NCBI GenBank assembly: GCA_964016885.1
Contig: OZ024757.1
Coordinates: 40,362,001-40,426,000 of the forward strand
Source: Eledone cirrhosa
Lineage: Eukaryota
Length of the DNA: 64,000 bases
Direction of reading: 5' to 3'
Position numbers and translations under genes: made by a program. The notes under the pieces were generated by a model. That model saw only the letters and a program-made list of their open reading frames with translations. It did not search any database and had not been told where the DNA came from. Positions 28,611 to 46,011 of the stretch are shown in pieces; position 1 is the first letter of the stretch, and the number at the start of each line of letters is the position of its first letter.

Positions 28611-30874
28611 TATATATTTGCAAATCACGATTTGCTGTTTGGTATAGTTGATAATTGGGAAAAGGATGACTGTCACTAAGTTACCTTCAAAGTGATGTAC
28701 AAAACATGATTATAATGTTACTATATATTCAAAGTTGAAAGATATTGTTTTAGCAATATGTAGAGAACAAGAGCTAGATAAGTGATTTCTAGAGAAAGAG
28801 ATAAAGTTTCGGTCCCCAAACGCAGCAGACATTTCGAGTATTCTCACGTATCAAATACTAAAACAAAACAGATTTGCAAGTGGGTAAACAGGAAAAAAAC
28901 TACTACTAATAATAATAATTTCGATATTGATGAAAGATATAAATAACTAAGAGACGTCCATTCCCCAGATCAAACACCAACATTGTGGTTTCAATTCCCG
29001 TTTGGGGAAATGTAAGTTCGTATATACAGCTAATGTTCTCTGGTAAAAATATACGAACGTTCCATTTGCTCATATCGTTTAAGTTGTTAGAAACTTGAAG
29101 CTTTGAGATAATCAATCGAAAAATAGATAGAGTTTAGTGAAACAACTCCCAAAGCAAACATTTTATCTATTATTAGTATTTTAGTTGTCTTAGTTTTATT
29201 GTTTGCTTAGTTTTAGTGTGTGCCGACATATTACATAAAGTACTTTCGAAACAATAGAATGTAGAAAAGAAAGGATGCGCCCTAGATATCTAATTCCCAC
29301 AACGCAAGACTTGATTATACACATCTGAGCGCAGCTTTGTGAGTCTTGGCTGTGTTCAAAGTATTGTTTTTTTTTTATCTGGTTTTCTATTTTATCGAAC
29401 TTACTCGATGTAACACACGATTAGTCTTTTTTTTTTACATATAAAAATGAGAAAAATCATCGCTAGAACAGACGTTAAAACAGCTAAATGCTGTGAAAGC
29501 CAGCGATGGGGAAATATGCCTCAGAAGATAGAGACCAGCGGCCAGTGGTCAACAGAGAGACAATCAACAAGGTGAGTGACAGGCAGATGAAATATAATGC
29601 CTCAGAGGACATAGACCAGCGGCCAGTGGTCAACAGAGAGACAATCCACAAGGTGGGTGACATACAAATGAAATATAGAAATGATTGAAAGAGGAGGAGT
29701 TCATGGAGAAGGGGGTTGGTACACAGAAGTGACTGGAAGAGGAAATAAAGAAAGGTGATGTACAACACAACTTTACACACACACCCATCTTCATCCTCAT
29801 CAGCTCTCATGCCAGCAACATGGTTTCGCACAATATTTTGTTTTTAACGTATGTGAAGGCGAGTGGCTAAATGGTTAGAGAGTTCAGTTCACAATCTTAA
29901 GGTTATGAATTCAACCCGGGGATCGAACAATTAAAATAGAAGTCATTTACGGATGATTGATTTAATCGATTTTTTCCTTTGCCCCTCTTGTGCTTAAAGT
30001 AGGAACCTTTATTTTCATTGATCAGTGACCACCAAAGTTCTAATAGAGATGTAAGGTTTGCTGTTGGGATATATGCAACATAACCTAGGCATTTAGAACC
30101 TGGCGGCAAATATTCTTTAGAAAAGAAGAATCTATTGTGTAAATATATATTCATATGGACTGTCTAAATAATAGACAGGATGGTCACAGCTGGAGTGACG
30201 ATAGCTATAATATGTCCGCTCAATAAGATAAACACTGGAACATATCAACGATATATTTTCAAATAGATGATCTAAATTTCTAAACAACATCAAAATCTCA
30301 AAGCTCAGATAATAATATAAATATAGTTTATTGGAAATTATTTCAGCTCATAAAGAAAACGTTGTAACATCTGTTTTAGTTCTGAAATAGTCTTTATTGG
30401 TCTTTATTGGAGAATTCCATCCAAGCAATAGAGAATTTTCCATTCATTAAAGCTCTCAGGGCAACGTTCAGGAGAATCTTTATAAACAGACTAGGCATTG
30501 TCTATTGATTGTGCTGTGGTATATCACATAGAGTTTTATAGAGAATGTTCTGTACTGTTGTCTCTTCTCGTTTCATAATGCAACACTGACGTGTGTTAAG
30601 ATACAAACAATATGTGTATGTGTGTGTGGATGTGTGTGTGGATGTATATATGTGTGTTGGTGTATAGATGTGTATAAGTGTGTATGTATATGTGTAGAGG
30701 TGCGTATGTGTTGTGTAGGTGGTGATGATAATATTGTGTATATATTTTTCTATAGATATCTGTGGAGAAGGTTTCTCTTCTCTATGGGCAAATATTGAGT
30801 GAGTGTTTGTGAGTAAAGTAGGTGTGATTACTACACACATACACACACATGCTCATATATACACACACGCACAT

Positions 30875-30925
<51 letters not shown>

Positions 30926-30960
30926 TATACGTATATATATAAACATATACACACACACGC

Positions 30961-30991
<31 letters not shown>

Positions 30992-32196
30992 TATATACAT
31001 ATATATAATGTCATATATATATATATATTCAAATCATTACGTTTAGATTGCATTTCCTATTTATTACCACAAATAGTATATATTAATGATATTTTTCCCC
31101 TCGGGGAAGACATTTGACGGAGCTCCAAGACTGCTGTATGTTTGAATATGGAAATTTCCTCGCTATGGGAGCGAAATATCTCCTTTTTAGTATAACACAA
31201 ATTCTATTACATTTAAATTCTTGATAAGTTAATATATTTATACATTATAACAACCAAAAATATATAAAAATAATACTTTAGAGTTTCAATTTTTGGAACA
31301 TAAGTTAACGTGATATCATAAATGTGTGTCTATATATACTATGTATACATGTGCCCATGTATATACACATAGAAACACATACATATACACTATCATATAT
31401 ACATATAATATATAAACACGCATGTAAATGTTCGTGAATAAGATCGCCAATTACACAAACCTGAATGTAATTCTAAAACATTTTCTACGAACAGGATTAA
31501 ATGCAAAGATATTTTAATTCACCAAGGGACACTTATAACTTCTTAAGAAGGATCTCAGCTAACACAGTATCAAAGTATGACACACACACATACAGACATA
31601 TATATATATATACTACATTAAAGTATGAACACATATTTAATATGTAATGAGAGAATGGGGGGGGGGGGGTAACAACGTTTTGTAAAAGAAATAATTCCCC
31701 AACCAGGTTTCTTCTGTTGAACGAACAACTTAACCACTTGTCATTGGAACCAACCAAGATCAAACCTCATCAACAACAACAACGTGATGTTTATGTAGTA
31801 CATTTGACCGCAGAACTTTGCTAATCATCGCTGAATCAGACGTAGGTGCATTCAGAAATATGTTTTTTAACATATTTTTTTTAAAAACACGAGAGTATAT
31901 AAACCTGAACTGAAATCTTCTCTCCCACCCTCAAATCAAACGTCAAAATGTAAATGGAAATCAGAGGAAACCACAGAAGTTTCCATGATAAGTCCATTCT
32001 ACAGCTGTAGAGGATTAAAGATAGGGAAACCAAAATTATACAAGTCTTAACTTTGAAATTTGATACTTTTCTTCCTTATCATTATCATTGTCATTACTTG
32101 CTTTCATTATTATCAACAAATCCTTATTATAACGGGGACAAAACAAAATAAATGAAATTTAAAACGAAAGAAATACTTCTCATTACTATTATCACT

Positions 32197-32229
<33 letters not shown>

Positions 32230-32349
32230 GAATGGAAAAAAATAACAGTGTCGTCTCTGATCAAGACGAAGGGTGAGTGTATGTGAAGACATAAAATTGA
32301 GAAGACTCATCGCTAGAACAGGCTTTAAAACAGCTTATTATAATTAGTA

Positions 32350-32972
32350 AGGTCGACGAATTGGCAACATCGGTAGAGCCTCAGACGCCATGCCCTGCAG
32401 CATAGAGTTACGGCCCTTTGCGGTGTGTGATGCTTTGCAGCATAGAGTTACGGACCTTTAGGGTCTGCGTTAAAATCCCGCCGTGTTTAACTTTGCCTTT
32501 CATCCTCACGGGGTTGATAAATTAAAGTACCAGTCACGCACTGGAGTCGATTAAATCGACTTTCCCAGCCCCCAAAATTGCCGGCCTTGTGCCTATGTAG
32601 GAAGCCCTTATAATTAGTAAAGTCGGCGAATTCGCAACATCGGTACAGCGTCAGACACCACGCTTTGCAGCATAGAGTTATAGCTCTTTACGATCTGAGT
32701 TCATATCCCGCTGATAAAATCAAGTACTTGTCATGCACTGTTGTCGATTTAATCGATTTTTCCCCGAAAAAATCAATTGCAGTCCTTATGCCTATAGCAG
32801 AAATCATTGAGCGTCAGACACCATATTTTGCAGTATAGAGTAATGACCCTTTACGTTCTGAGTTCTAATCCCACCGAGGTTAACTTTGCCTTTCATCCTT
32901 ACGGGGTCGATAAAATAAAGTACCAGTAATACAATGGGGTAATTGCTGGCCTTGTGCCAAAAGTAGAAAGAT
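32350..32972 (+). mobile_element. Three tandem SINE family 1 copies
   Basis: Head, core and tail repeated near 32350, 32620 and 32810. Confidence 0.8.
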
Positions 32973-33597
32973 TATCATCATCATTACTAAAGTTCCATTT
33001 GATTTAGGCTAACATCACTCGAGTAAGATGCAAGATAATTAGATTAATGCCCTATATCCTAAGATGGAAAATATTTCATATTTTGAAAAGATATTTTGCC
33101 CTCGAAAGTCCTCGAGTTCTGGATATTGCTATCCAGGTAGCTGCAATGGACAACAAAACATGTGTATTTTACATATTACCTTCTTCAATGTTTTAGTTTT
33201 ATATTTGTAAATTTTTATATTGTCCTTACAATTTATTCAACACGTCTTCTGCTGCTAAAGGGAAATGTATTGTCCATAAGGAGATTTACACTGGGTGCAC
33301 CCGTTCAAAGGAAAGTGCTAAAATAATTTTTGAATACACGAAACCTAATTAAAAATATAATTGGAAATATTAACAATGACGAATCTGGTTATTCAAGCTC
33401 GGAATCACAATTTCTCTCCTGTACAAGTAACATTTGTTTACAAGTCCTATACAAAAATATTGACATCGGTAACACATTTTCTATTTACAGATGTAAACCA
33501 AAGGAATGTTGTAGGATATGATTGGAGACCGGTCTAAACGAACACTGTACACACACACACAAATATATATATATATATATGCGTGTGTGTGTGTGTA

Positions 33598-33644
<47 letters not shown>

Positions 33645-33648
<4 letters not shown>

Positions 33649-33840
33649 CTAAAGACATTTTTTCGAATTCCAAACCGCCCGTCCCCTCAATCTATCTTAT
33701 TTCTCATTCTTTCTTCTGATGAAGAACTAGCGTCCGAAACGCTAAGACCTTCTTCCTGCTATATCAAGCGTTAACCTAATATATCCATTCCACATACTGT
33801 ACCGATTGTGTTGTTATTGCTGTTTACCGTTTACATATAT
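33645..33840 (+). mobile_element. Penelope-like pLTR remnant with a degenerate minimal hammerhead (family B)
   Basis: ttCTGATGAa-gaac tagc gtcc-GAAAcgcTAaga...aagcgttaacctaat; homologous to 62345-62555 (-) and 63735-63860 (-). Confidence 0.65.
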
Positions 33841-33903
33841 ATATAAGATCCCGTTAAGGGTGAAAGCAGCGATTCTTTGCTTAAACTTTAATCTGTTATT
33901 TTA

Positions 33904-33934
<31 letters not shown>

Positions 33935-34499
33935 CTTACTACTGGTTTAGTTTGGATCTAGCTGTCGTTTACCACAATTACTACTGGTACCTTTAATACT
34001 ACCACCACCTCTACTACTGCTACTACTACTTGTAGTTATATAACTACCAATACAACTTCAACCACCACCACCACCATATCTACTACTAGTGATTGCAATG
34101 TAAAAATTGTCACCAACATGGCCGCCAAATCAAGACACGATACATAATAAAGGGAGATTTAATTGTCTATGGAGTTCACTAAAGCACGATCTTTTTATTT
34201 AAACTGTAGCAATTACTAACGTTGTGCCAGCTACATTTACAATGCTCTGATTGCCACAGGAAAACATATATATATATATAGAGAGAGAAAGAATATGTCT
34301 GTAGAGCTACCAAAACCCAGAGACACACCCATCTCTTCCCCCATCTCATACTCTCTAGTTCTGTCTATCTATCGTTCTATCTATCGTTCATCTATCGTTC
34401 TATCTATCGTTCTATCTATCACATAGTCTTGTTCTCTCATTCAATGATTGTTATGTGCAAGGCTTTGACAATATACACATGAAGGATGAGTGCATGCAA

Positions 34500-36465
<1,966 letters not shown>

Positions 36466-36595
36466 AACATTTGCTTTTTTGTGCCATGCAGCGCCTTCCT
36501 TTGTCCCCCTGCCCACCTGCTACACGGCCCTCTAGTGTTAACTCTGTATTTCCTTGTTTTATAACATAGTATTGAGAAGAGGAAGAAGTAGAAGT

Positions 36596-36870
36596 AAAAT
36601 AAAAAATAAAAAATAAAAAATAAAAAATAAAAAATAAAAAATAAAAAATAAAAAATAAAAAATAAAAATAAAAATAAAAATAAAAATAAAAATAAAATTA
36701 AAAATAAAAATAAAAATAAAAATAAAAATAAAAATAAAATTAAAAATAAAAATAAAAATAAAAATAAAAATAAAAATTATAATAAAAATAAAAATAAAAA
36801 TAAAAATAAAAATAAAAATAAAAATAAAAATAAGAGTAAAAATAAAATTAAAAATAAAAATAAAATCAAA
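36596..36870. repeat. (AAAAAT)n/(AAAAT)n microsatellite
   Basis: Direct reading. Confidence 0.95.
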
Positions 36871-37585
36871 AAGAAAAAGAATATTAGTATTAATGAAAAT
36901 AAATAAATATATATTTGATTAAATGTACATTAGCTTAGGTGCATGACGGCTTAATAAAACACCAAGTAAATTGTGTGTGCATATATATATATATATATAT
37001 ATAACCAAATGTGTGAGAGCATGTACCTATGTACGTATGCATGCACCATTATATACATATATATATACACCCATGGCTATTTATATGTATACATTTCCAT
37101 TGAGATTCGTGCTGGCACAACCATTGCATATGTGTCCATGTCATGTTTGCATACAATATTATCTTTCTTGGTAAATTGTGTAGTTACGTGAATGAGTGAT
37201 TGCGCATGCGCGAGCATGCTTGCTCTCGGGTTAATTTCTACTCTGTGTATGTATGCATGCTGTGTATGTTGTGTATGTACGTTTAGATGTCTGTGTGAAT
37301 CTCTTTACTGTATATATATGTATGTACGTATGTATGCGTGTATATACGGTTGACGTATATATGTATATACGTACGTATGTATACATATGTGCGTATGTAT
37401 GTATGACGTATGCATTTATCTATATATATATGATGTATCTATATATATGATTGTATTTAAGATGTATTTATGTATATATGATGTATGTATCTAACACTCT
37501 ATATGTATGTATGTATATATACATATATGCATACATATACGTACATATACTCATATGTACATATATGCATACCTATATATATATA

Positions 37586-37917
37586 TCGTTTCTGAATTTG
37601 TTTAGCAAGATTCTTTATCTGAAATCGTGTGTTGAAACCGATATTGTTATACTTTGGGAGGGTCATGTTGCCAATAAGAAACACACGCACCAGTTGCTTT
37701 CACTTCAATTTAATTTATTATATATTTATAAATTTACAAATTTATAAATTTCTGGTTGGTTGGTTGGTTCCACAACCAGATAGTTGTTTATATATATATA
37801 GTCATAGTTCTTTCGTCACACACTCTGTGACCTCTTCAGTGACTGGGGATTTCTTTCTTCGTTTCTGTGCCTTTCCTTTCTTCTATCCTACGACTATATA
37901 CATATATGTATCTAACA
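37586..37917 (+). repeat. Second long copy of the 7716-7988 repeat
   Basis: Shares the same start (tcgtttctgaatttgttt) directly after (TA)n. Confidence 0.8.
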
Positions 37918-38234
37918 TTTAATGATATGTTTCAATTCAAAGATGTCGCTGAAATCTACTAAATTATTAGTTTCCTCTCTTGGTATGGAACTCAGAACCA
38001 AACGATTGCAATCGAAATGCTTTAAACACTAAGCCCTGCGTCTTCTCAATAAAGTACTCATTACGTTTACTAGAGTGTACATAATCTATCTCATATGAAA
38101 ATTACTTCTACCGGAGTAACGCTGGTATATTCAGTTGAAATCGCCACTGATGATGTGATGTGAACCGAGTGTGAATGTGATAGTTTTGAAATAAATCATT
38201 ACCATTTGAAATAAACTATATAAATGCGTATGTT

Positions 38235-38365
<131 letters not shown>

Positions 38366-38749
38366 AAGAGAGATTGAGTGAGTGTTTATGTGGAGATAGA
38401 AGCTAAGTTTAAGAGAAATAGATACTTAAATCTGTAACACACATACATCGTGTATGTGTATATATGTATGTCTGGTATAAACTGCTATGCTATGCTACTT
38501 TAATGTGTGTGTGTGTGTGAGTGTGTGTGTGACTTTATGTATGTTTGTATGTACGTGTGTATTTATGTATAAGCGTGTGTTTGGTGTACTCTGCTATGCT
38601 ATGTGGCTTTACTAGGAATGTAATTATCTGTGCGTAATATGTGTGTGGAATGTTGTGTGAATGTGTGATTGTGTTCGTTTGATTGTGTATGTATGTGTGT
38701 AAGTGTGTATTTGCTATCCAATGCTATGCTATGTAGCTCTACTGTTTAC

Positions 38750-39170
38750 ATGAGTGTGTGTGACTGTGTATGTGTGCAAGTAACTGTGTGTAATATATGT
38801 GTGTGAGTGTGTATGACTGTGTATGTATGCAAGTAACTGTGGGTAATATATGTGTGAGTGTGTATGTAAATATGTGTGCAAGTAACTGTGTGTAATATAT
38901 GTGTGTGAGTGTGTATGACTGTGTATATGTGCAAGTAACTCTGTGTAATATATGTGTGTGAGTGTGTATGACTGTGTATATGTGCAAGTAACTCTGTGTA
39001 ATATATGTGTGAGTGTGTATGTAAATATGTTTGCAAGTAACTGTGTGTAATATATGTGTGAGTGTGTATGTAAATATGTGTGCAAGTAACTGTGTGTAAA
39101 ATATGTGTGAGTGTGTATGTAAATATGTGTGCAAGTAACTGTGTGTAAAATATGTGTGAGTGTGTATGTA
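38750..39170. repeat. ~40-bp minisatellite (tgtgcaagtaactgtgtgtaatatatgtgtgagtgtgtatg)
   Basis: Direct reading. Confidence 0.9.
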
Positions 39171-39520
39171 TGTATGTAAGTGTGTTTGGTCTGTTATTCT
39201 ATGCTATGTAGCTTTACTCTGAAATATCACAGTTGTTTCCGAACGATTTCTTGTCCTCCCAGCGAAAGAAAACAGATGTCTAAATATCTGAAGCGTCACC
39301 TTCAGTGTGATCATATTAAGGAGAGCAGACGATGTAGGTTGTATGTGAAATATCTAAGACGGTGGTGTACTGCTACTGATGCTGGTGGGAGGGGGGGGGT
39401 ACTGGTGGTAGAAGTGGTTGTACTTGAGTTGGTGTTGATGGTGGGGGTGGTGGGTAATGGCTGTGATGGTTTTGGTTGTTCGGTGTGTGGAGTTGGTGAT
39501 GTTAACCTTTCTAACATACA

Positions 39521-39586
<66 letters not shown>

Positions 39587-39694
39587 ATATACATAATTGC
39601 TTCTACAGGACTAGAACTGTTTCATTCAAAAGAAATCAGATGAATTATTTTCACTGAAACAGTTCTATTTCTGTAGAAGCAATTCTTAAATCAA

Positions 39695-39731
<37 letters not shown>

Positions 39732-39736
<5 letters not shown>

Positions 39737-39940
39737 TTTATTAAAATAACAGATTAAAGTTTAAGCAAAGAATCGCTGCTTTCAACCTTAACCGTTAAGG
39801 GTGAAAGCAGCGATTCTTTGCTTAAACATTAATCTGTTACTTTAATAAATATTTGCTCTACGGTTCTTATATATTTGATATATATTTATCCTTATCGAGC
39901 CCTCTTTGGATTTTAGTCTTCAAATTTATTATTATTACTA
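39732..39940 (+). repeat. Family D repeat with a 5' fold-back (palindrome 39732-39854), in (TA)n
   Basis: aaatatttattaaaataacagattaaagtttaagcaaagaatcgctgctttca / tgaaagcagcgattctttgcttaaacattaatctgttactttaataaatattt. Confidence 0.85.
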
Positions 39941-40535
39941 TATATAAATATATATATATATATATAAATGAAGGAATGTACGTATAGAAGCTTGGCGCAA
40001 ATCAAATGTGTTTTTTTCGTGTCTAGTCGGGTTTTGTTTCATCTGCTCCTCTGAGGAGTATATCTATACAGAAGGTAAGATGATATTTGGTGAATAACCG
40101 TTTAAGTTCATTTCTGCTGTCATGTATTATGGCAGGGCGGCCCAGAGGTGTCACAACGCCCATATCAGCTTCTTGAAAGAAGAAACTCTGAAGTATTTCA
40201 TGGCTACGTAGTCAGGGTAATTGGGTATATCCCCTAGTATATTGCTCCCAAAAGATTCTATTTTATTATTTTATTATACAGGAAACAAGGACGGTATTCT
40301 AGTTGTTACTCTTGAGAGAATGGAGCTACGTGGCCTACTGGTAAGTGTGTTAGACTTACAATCATATTCCCATAGCTTAGATTCCTGGACTGGGCTGCGT
40401 TATATTTTTGAGCAAATCTCTTTATTTCACATTATTGTAGTGGACTCGGCTGAAAACGAGTTTTAACCAGGCGTCCTGTCCAGAGGTTGCCTGGAACTCT
40501 CAGCCGCTTAACGCCACAAACATCGGGATGTATAT

Positions 40536-40725
40536 ATAGGAAAAGAGTCAGGACCCCGACTGCTGTGCTCCAGCCGTTTCGACAGCTAGATCCGAACTAG
40601 CAGTCGAGACGGCCGGAGCTCAGCCGTAGGGGTCCTGACTCTTTTCCTATTACTCACTCTACTACACTAAGTATCGAGTACTCTGGTGTGTTATGGCCCC
40701 CCTGGTTCCTTACCACACCTTCTTT
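40536..40725 (-). repeat. Hairpin-terminated repeat (115-bp hairpin at 40536-40650)
   Basis: Reverse complement of 1-163 and of 5205-5336. Confidence 0.8.
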
Positions 40726-40732
40726 GTTATAT

Positions 40733-40800
<68 letters not shown>

Positions 40801-41659
40801 TGAAATCCACGTGTATGATTATGAATAAAGCAACGCATGTAGGTTCAAAGAGATCGGAAAGAATGGCTGTGTGCATTTCTTGAAATCGATTGTTGTTTGT
40901 TGATTCCAAATCAAAGATGGAAGCGGTTGACTCACATAAAGCTACAGAATGTCTTGTTATTGTTGTTGTTATAGTTGTTGTTGATTGATGATCAAAGTAT
41001 TGAGTAATTCTGATAATGTTTGTGTCTCTCTGGTAGAGAGAGAGAGAGAAACAAAGACAGAGAAGGGGGAAGAGTAGAGAGAGAGAGCGAGAAGGAGAGA
41101 GGGAGAGGGAGAGTTAGTTAGAGTGACAGAAAGAGAGGGAGGAGTGTTGGTGGAGACCATTCAGATGATCCACTCACAGCCACATACACACATACACACA
41201 CACACCTACATACACACATACACTCACACACACACAAACACACATACACATACACACGCACTCTCTCTCACAGACACACCCTCTCTCACAGACACACACG
41301 CACTTTCTCTCACACACTCTCTCTCACCGACACACACACACTCTCTCCCACACACTCTCTCTCACAGACACACACACATACACACACTCTCTCGCACACA
41401 CACACACACACACACAGGCACACGCACGTACACACACTTTTCTATGTCTTATGAAGTTAACATATCAACGTTGCAACGCCATAGCAACAGGTAGGCCATT
41501 GATCCACGCTGAAAGAAGTCTCTCAAAAGAATGTCCACATATAAGAACAATAATTAAATTAGCCAAGTGTAAGAAATAATGAAATTCACGAATCTATAAT
41601 ATAATGTTGGGGATCCAAGATGGCGCAATTATGTAGCAAAGGGTGGTGAGAGAATTGAT

Positions 41660-41990
41660 GATAGGTAGATAGATAGGTAGGTAGATAGATCGGTAAGTAG
41701 GTAGGTAGGTAGGTATCGCTAGGTAGGTAGGTAGGTAGGTATCGCTAGGTAGGTAGGTAGGTATCGCTAGGTAGATAGATCGGTAAGTAGGTAAGTAGGT
41801 ATCGCTAGGTAGGTAGGTAGGTATCGCTAGGTAGATAGATCGGTAAGTAGGTAGGTATCGCTAGGTAGGTAGGTAGGTATCGCTAGGTAGATAGATCGGT
41901 AAGTAGGTAGGTAGGTACGTATCGCTAGGTAGGTAGGTATCGCTAGGTAGATAGATCGGTAAGTAGGTAAGTAGGTATCGCTAGGTAGAT
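41660..41990. repeat. Compound (AGGT)n minisatellite with atcgct/gatcggt units
   Basis: Direct reading. Confidence 0.9.
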
Positions 41991-42025
41991 AGAGGAAGAG
42001 ATAGATAGATATATACATATGTAGT

Positions 42026-42062
<37 letters not shown>

Positions 42063-42260
42063 GCAAGCGGATAGATAGATAAGTAGATATAGATAGGTAG
42101 GTAGGTAGATAGATATATTTCTTTATTTGCCACAAGGGCGCACAAGAAAAGGGAACAATACAAAGACACATGCCGGGGACTTTACATATAGGTAGATACG
42201 TAGATATATAGAGAGGTAAAGAAAGAGGGGGTAGATAGATAGATAAATAGATAAATAGAC

Positions 42261-42319
<59 letters not shown>

Positions 42320-44002
42320 TGCATAGATAAATATATAGAAAAGAGATATACATTGATAAATATATATAAATACATAATCGGAGAAAGCTACTAGCGATAC
42401 TCCGGCCAAATTCCAACTCACTCAACAAACATTGTAGATATATAGGTACGCACAAACAATATATAGGTAGATAAATAGATAGATACATAAATAGATAGAT
42501 ACATGGATAGATAGGTAATGTGAAAATGGAAGTGGGAAAGATAGAAAATGTTTATAGTTAAATCAGTGATTGATCCTCGTTTATATTATAGACGAAAATT
42601 ACAAGCGAAACAGTATATTAATAAGTGATTGATCATCTACGATCAAAAGGTCTTGTAATACATCTGTTATAACGACAAAGTATCCTGTTAGATGTTATCT
42701 AAGCTCAAAATATATTCTAATTATAGATTTCAAAAAGGCTTGTGTATAATCAACCAGCAAGGCAGGATCAAAATGATGCTTTCAAATCTGCATAGAAACT
42801 TATGGTTGATCCGTAATTCATATCATAAATGAACAAAAAATGCCAAGGATTTCTACAGCGAATCTGTCAAAGTTTCGCTGCCAAGCGAAGTACTAATATC
42901 CATTTTGTTTTCATTTATATTTGCTTGAACTACGCTAATGTATTCCTATCCTTGAAAAGAGCAGTGTACAGTAAACCAAGAAAAGTGGGATAAATTTGAT
43001 ACCTTCTATGCTCTATCCAAGATTTAGATTGGTTGAGAAATAAGAAAACTTAATATTGCTAGAATTGATACTACGTAAATATATTTCTAACCTTCAGCTG
43101 TATATAGATAACCAGAAAAGCAGGATCAACGGGATATTTTATAATCTAACTATGCTTGATCCAAGATTTAGATTTGATTATGAAAAAGAAAACGTGAAAA
43201 CATTGCCTCACAATCTCTCGCTGATAAACTAGATACGTCAGTTAAATTTTTTTCCCATCTTTTTCTGTTAAACTGTGTTAATTCTATGTCTAAAAGACAA
43301 CACATTCGTTACTGCATAAGATGAACATTTGTCACTAATAGTCTGTTTTCAATATCACATTATATTGAACACCATTTCTGGTAAATCATTCATTAATAGA
43401 ATTGATACTGTAATATAACTTTTCAGAGGTCACAGTATTATTGGAGTATTTCCGCTATTGATAGAACATTTCATTTATATTCAATTGCGTGACAACATAC
43501 ATCTAAAATTATGTTTGATAGAGATCACAAATCAAATATACAACATAACAGAGAGTGCTATGTGTACATGCAACATGCTCAATTAATACAAGGAACACTA
43601 CAGGATGGCGTGACAGACATATTCTAATAGCCTCAACAACTTCAAACTTGTTCCTTCATTCTCTTCCTGTACAATACACAAGTAAAAACCTATTGGCATT
43701 GAAAATATGAAAATTTAATTCGGAATGCAGGAATTCATGTAATATGACCTTCTATGACAGCTGGATATTATATCTGTGACCAATACCTTATGAATAATTG
43801 CTGCTGTTGCTGTTGCTCGTCTTGTTCTTGATGTTGTTGTTGTTATTGTTAATGTTATTTTACTCCAGATCAGATAGGAGTTAGAAGACTTAAAATCAAA
43901 AGACTATTAATATTTTCTTTTATATCGCTTTTATAGGACTGCATAAGGCGCGGAATTGGCAGAGTCCTAACAACGTCGTATAGAGTGCCTTGCGGTTTTG
44001 CT

Positions 44003-44029
44003 TTAACCCTTTAGCATTTACATTACTTT

Positions 44030-44126
<97 letters not shown>

Positions 44127-44432
44127 GATTTGCTCTACGGTTCTTATATATTTGATATATATTTATCCTTATCAAGCCCTCTTTGGATTTTAGTCTTCAA
44201 ATTTATTATTATTACTATATATATATATATATATATACTATGGTATTTTTGTAGTAAAGGCTTTATCTTTCATATTTATCTCACATAATATCGAATCTAT
44301 GAGAATTTGATGTTATTTATTTTGAGAACAATATCTTATCGTCAGTAAAAGCAACTAGTTACAGCCGGTTTGAACAGAAAAATGTGACAGAATTCTAGCC
44401 GGATACGGCCAGTTTAAATGCTAAAAGGTTAA
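44003..44432. mobile_element. piggyBac-like MITE with TTAA ends, carrying nested (CT)n and a family D fragment
   Basis: TTAA-ccctttagcattta ... taaatgctaaaagg-TTAA. Confidence 0.7.
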
Positions 44433-45039
44433 GAGTGATCAACCACTTTATGTTCTACCTTACTTTATCTAAGGCTAAAATAGTTAATGTAAGGGAGAAA
44501 GCCTAAGGATCCTTAGAGGAAGATCTCACATCAAGCAATTGTTTTGGCTCTTCAAATTTTCTATCACTCTAAGGGAGCTAAACCCATTTAAGCCATGACA
44601 CCTAGATGCCCTCCTGTTGCACTTTTTCCACCTCTTCCAGCGGTTGAACTTGTTCCCCATTCCTGTGGTTTATGACACTCGAACACGAAGTTCATATTTA
44701 GAACTAACACTTCGTATCTATTTAAAACAATAGCTTGTAAACTGAGGCGAATTTGGCTGCTATATCTAGAAAGCATGTGATAAACATTGTTGCACAATTT
44801 GTCAATACGCAATAGTTAGTGAAACAGGGCTAGGTTTTTTTATATTAGTTTCCTCTTGTTATTTTTACTAATGTTTGAATATAACCTACGGAAAAAATTG
44901 GTATAATGGAATGTGTTTCTAGCTGTTGAGATCACAATAAACGTACACAGAAGGTTTTACATACAGAAGTGTGATATCAACGAATACATACACAAATGCA
45001 ATACATCACATGTATAAAACACACACACACGTAACAGAT

Positions 45040-45070
<31 letters not shown>

Positions 45071-45131
45071 AATACATACATACTACACACAGACGTATAT
45101 ATATATATATACACACACCCACACACAGCCG

Positions 45132-45162
<31 letters not shown>

Positions 45163-45165
45163 CCG

Positions 45166-45251
<86 letters not shown>

Positions 45252-45270
45252 CATATATATATATATACAT

Positions 45271-45315
<45 letters not shown>

Positions 45316-45605
45316 CATATATATATATATATATATACATAGATATATATATATATATACATACATATATATATATATATGTATATTTATATACATACAT
45401 ATACATATATATATACATAGATATATATATACATACATATATATATATATATATACATACATATATATGTATATATATATACATACATATATATATATAC
45501 ATATATTTATATATACATACATGTATATATAAAATATATACATATATATATATACATACATATACATACATATATATACATATACATACATACATATATA
45601 TGCAT

Positions 45606-45656
<51 letters not shown>

Positions 45657-45785
45657 CATATATATATATACATATATTTATATATACATACATGTATATA
45701 TACATATATACATATATGTATATATACATATATATATATATACATATATACATATATATATATACATACATATATATATATACAC

Positions 45786-45816
<31 letters not shown>

Positions 45817-45845
45817 CATACATATATATATATATATATATGTAC

Positions 45846-45928
<83 letters not shown>

Positions 45929-45965
45929 GGGTAGATGTTGTTGATGTAAGAAATGTGCCTGGTTC

Positions 45966-46011
<46 letters not shown>

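Noticed and set aside
40048-40108. CTGAGGA followed by a hairpin in a TA-adjacent island
   Set aside because: No properly placed GAAA; at best a decayed motif
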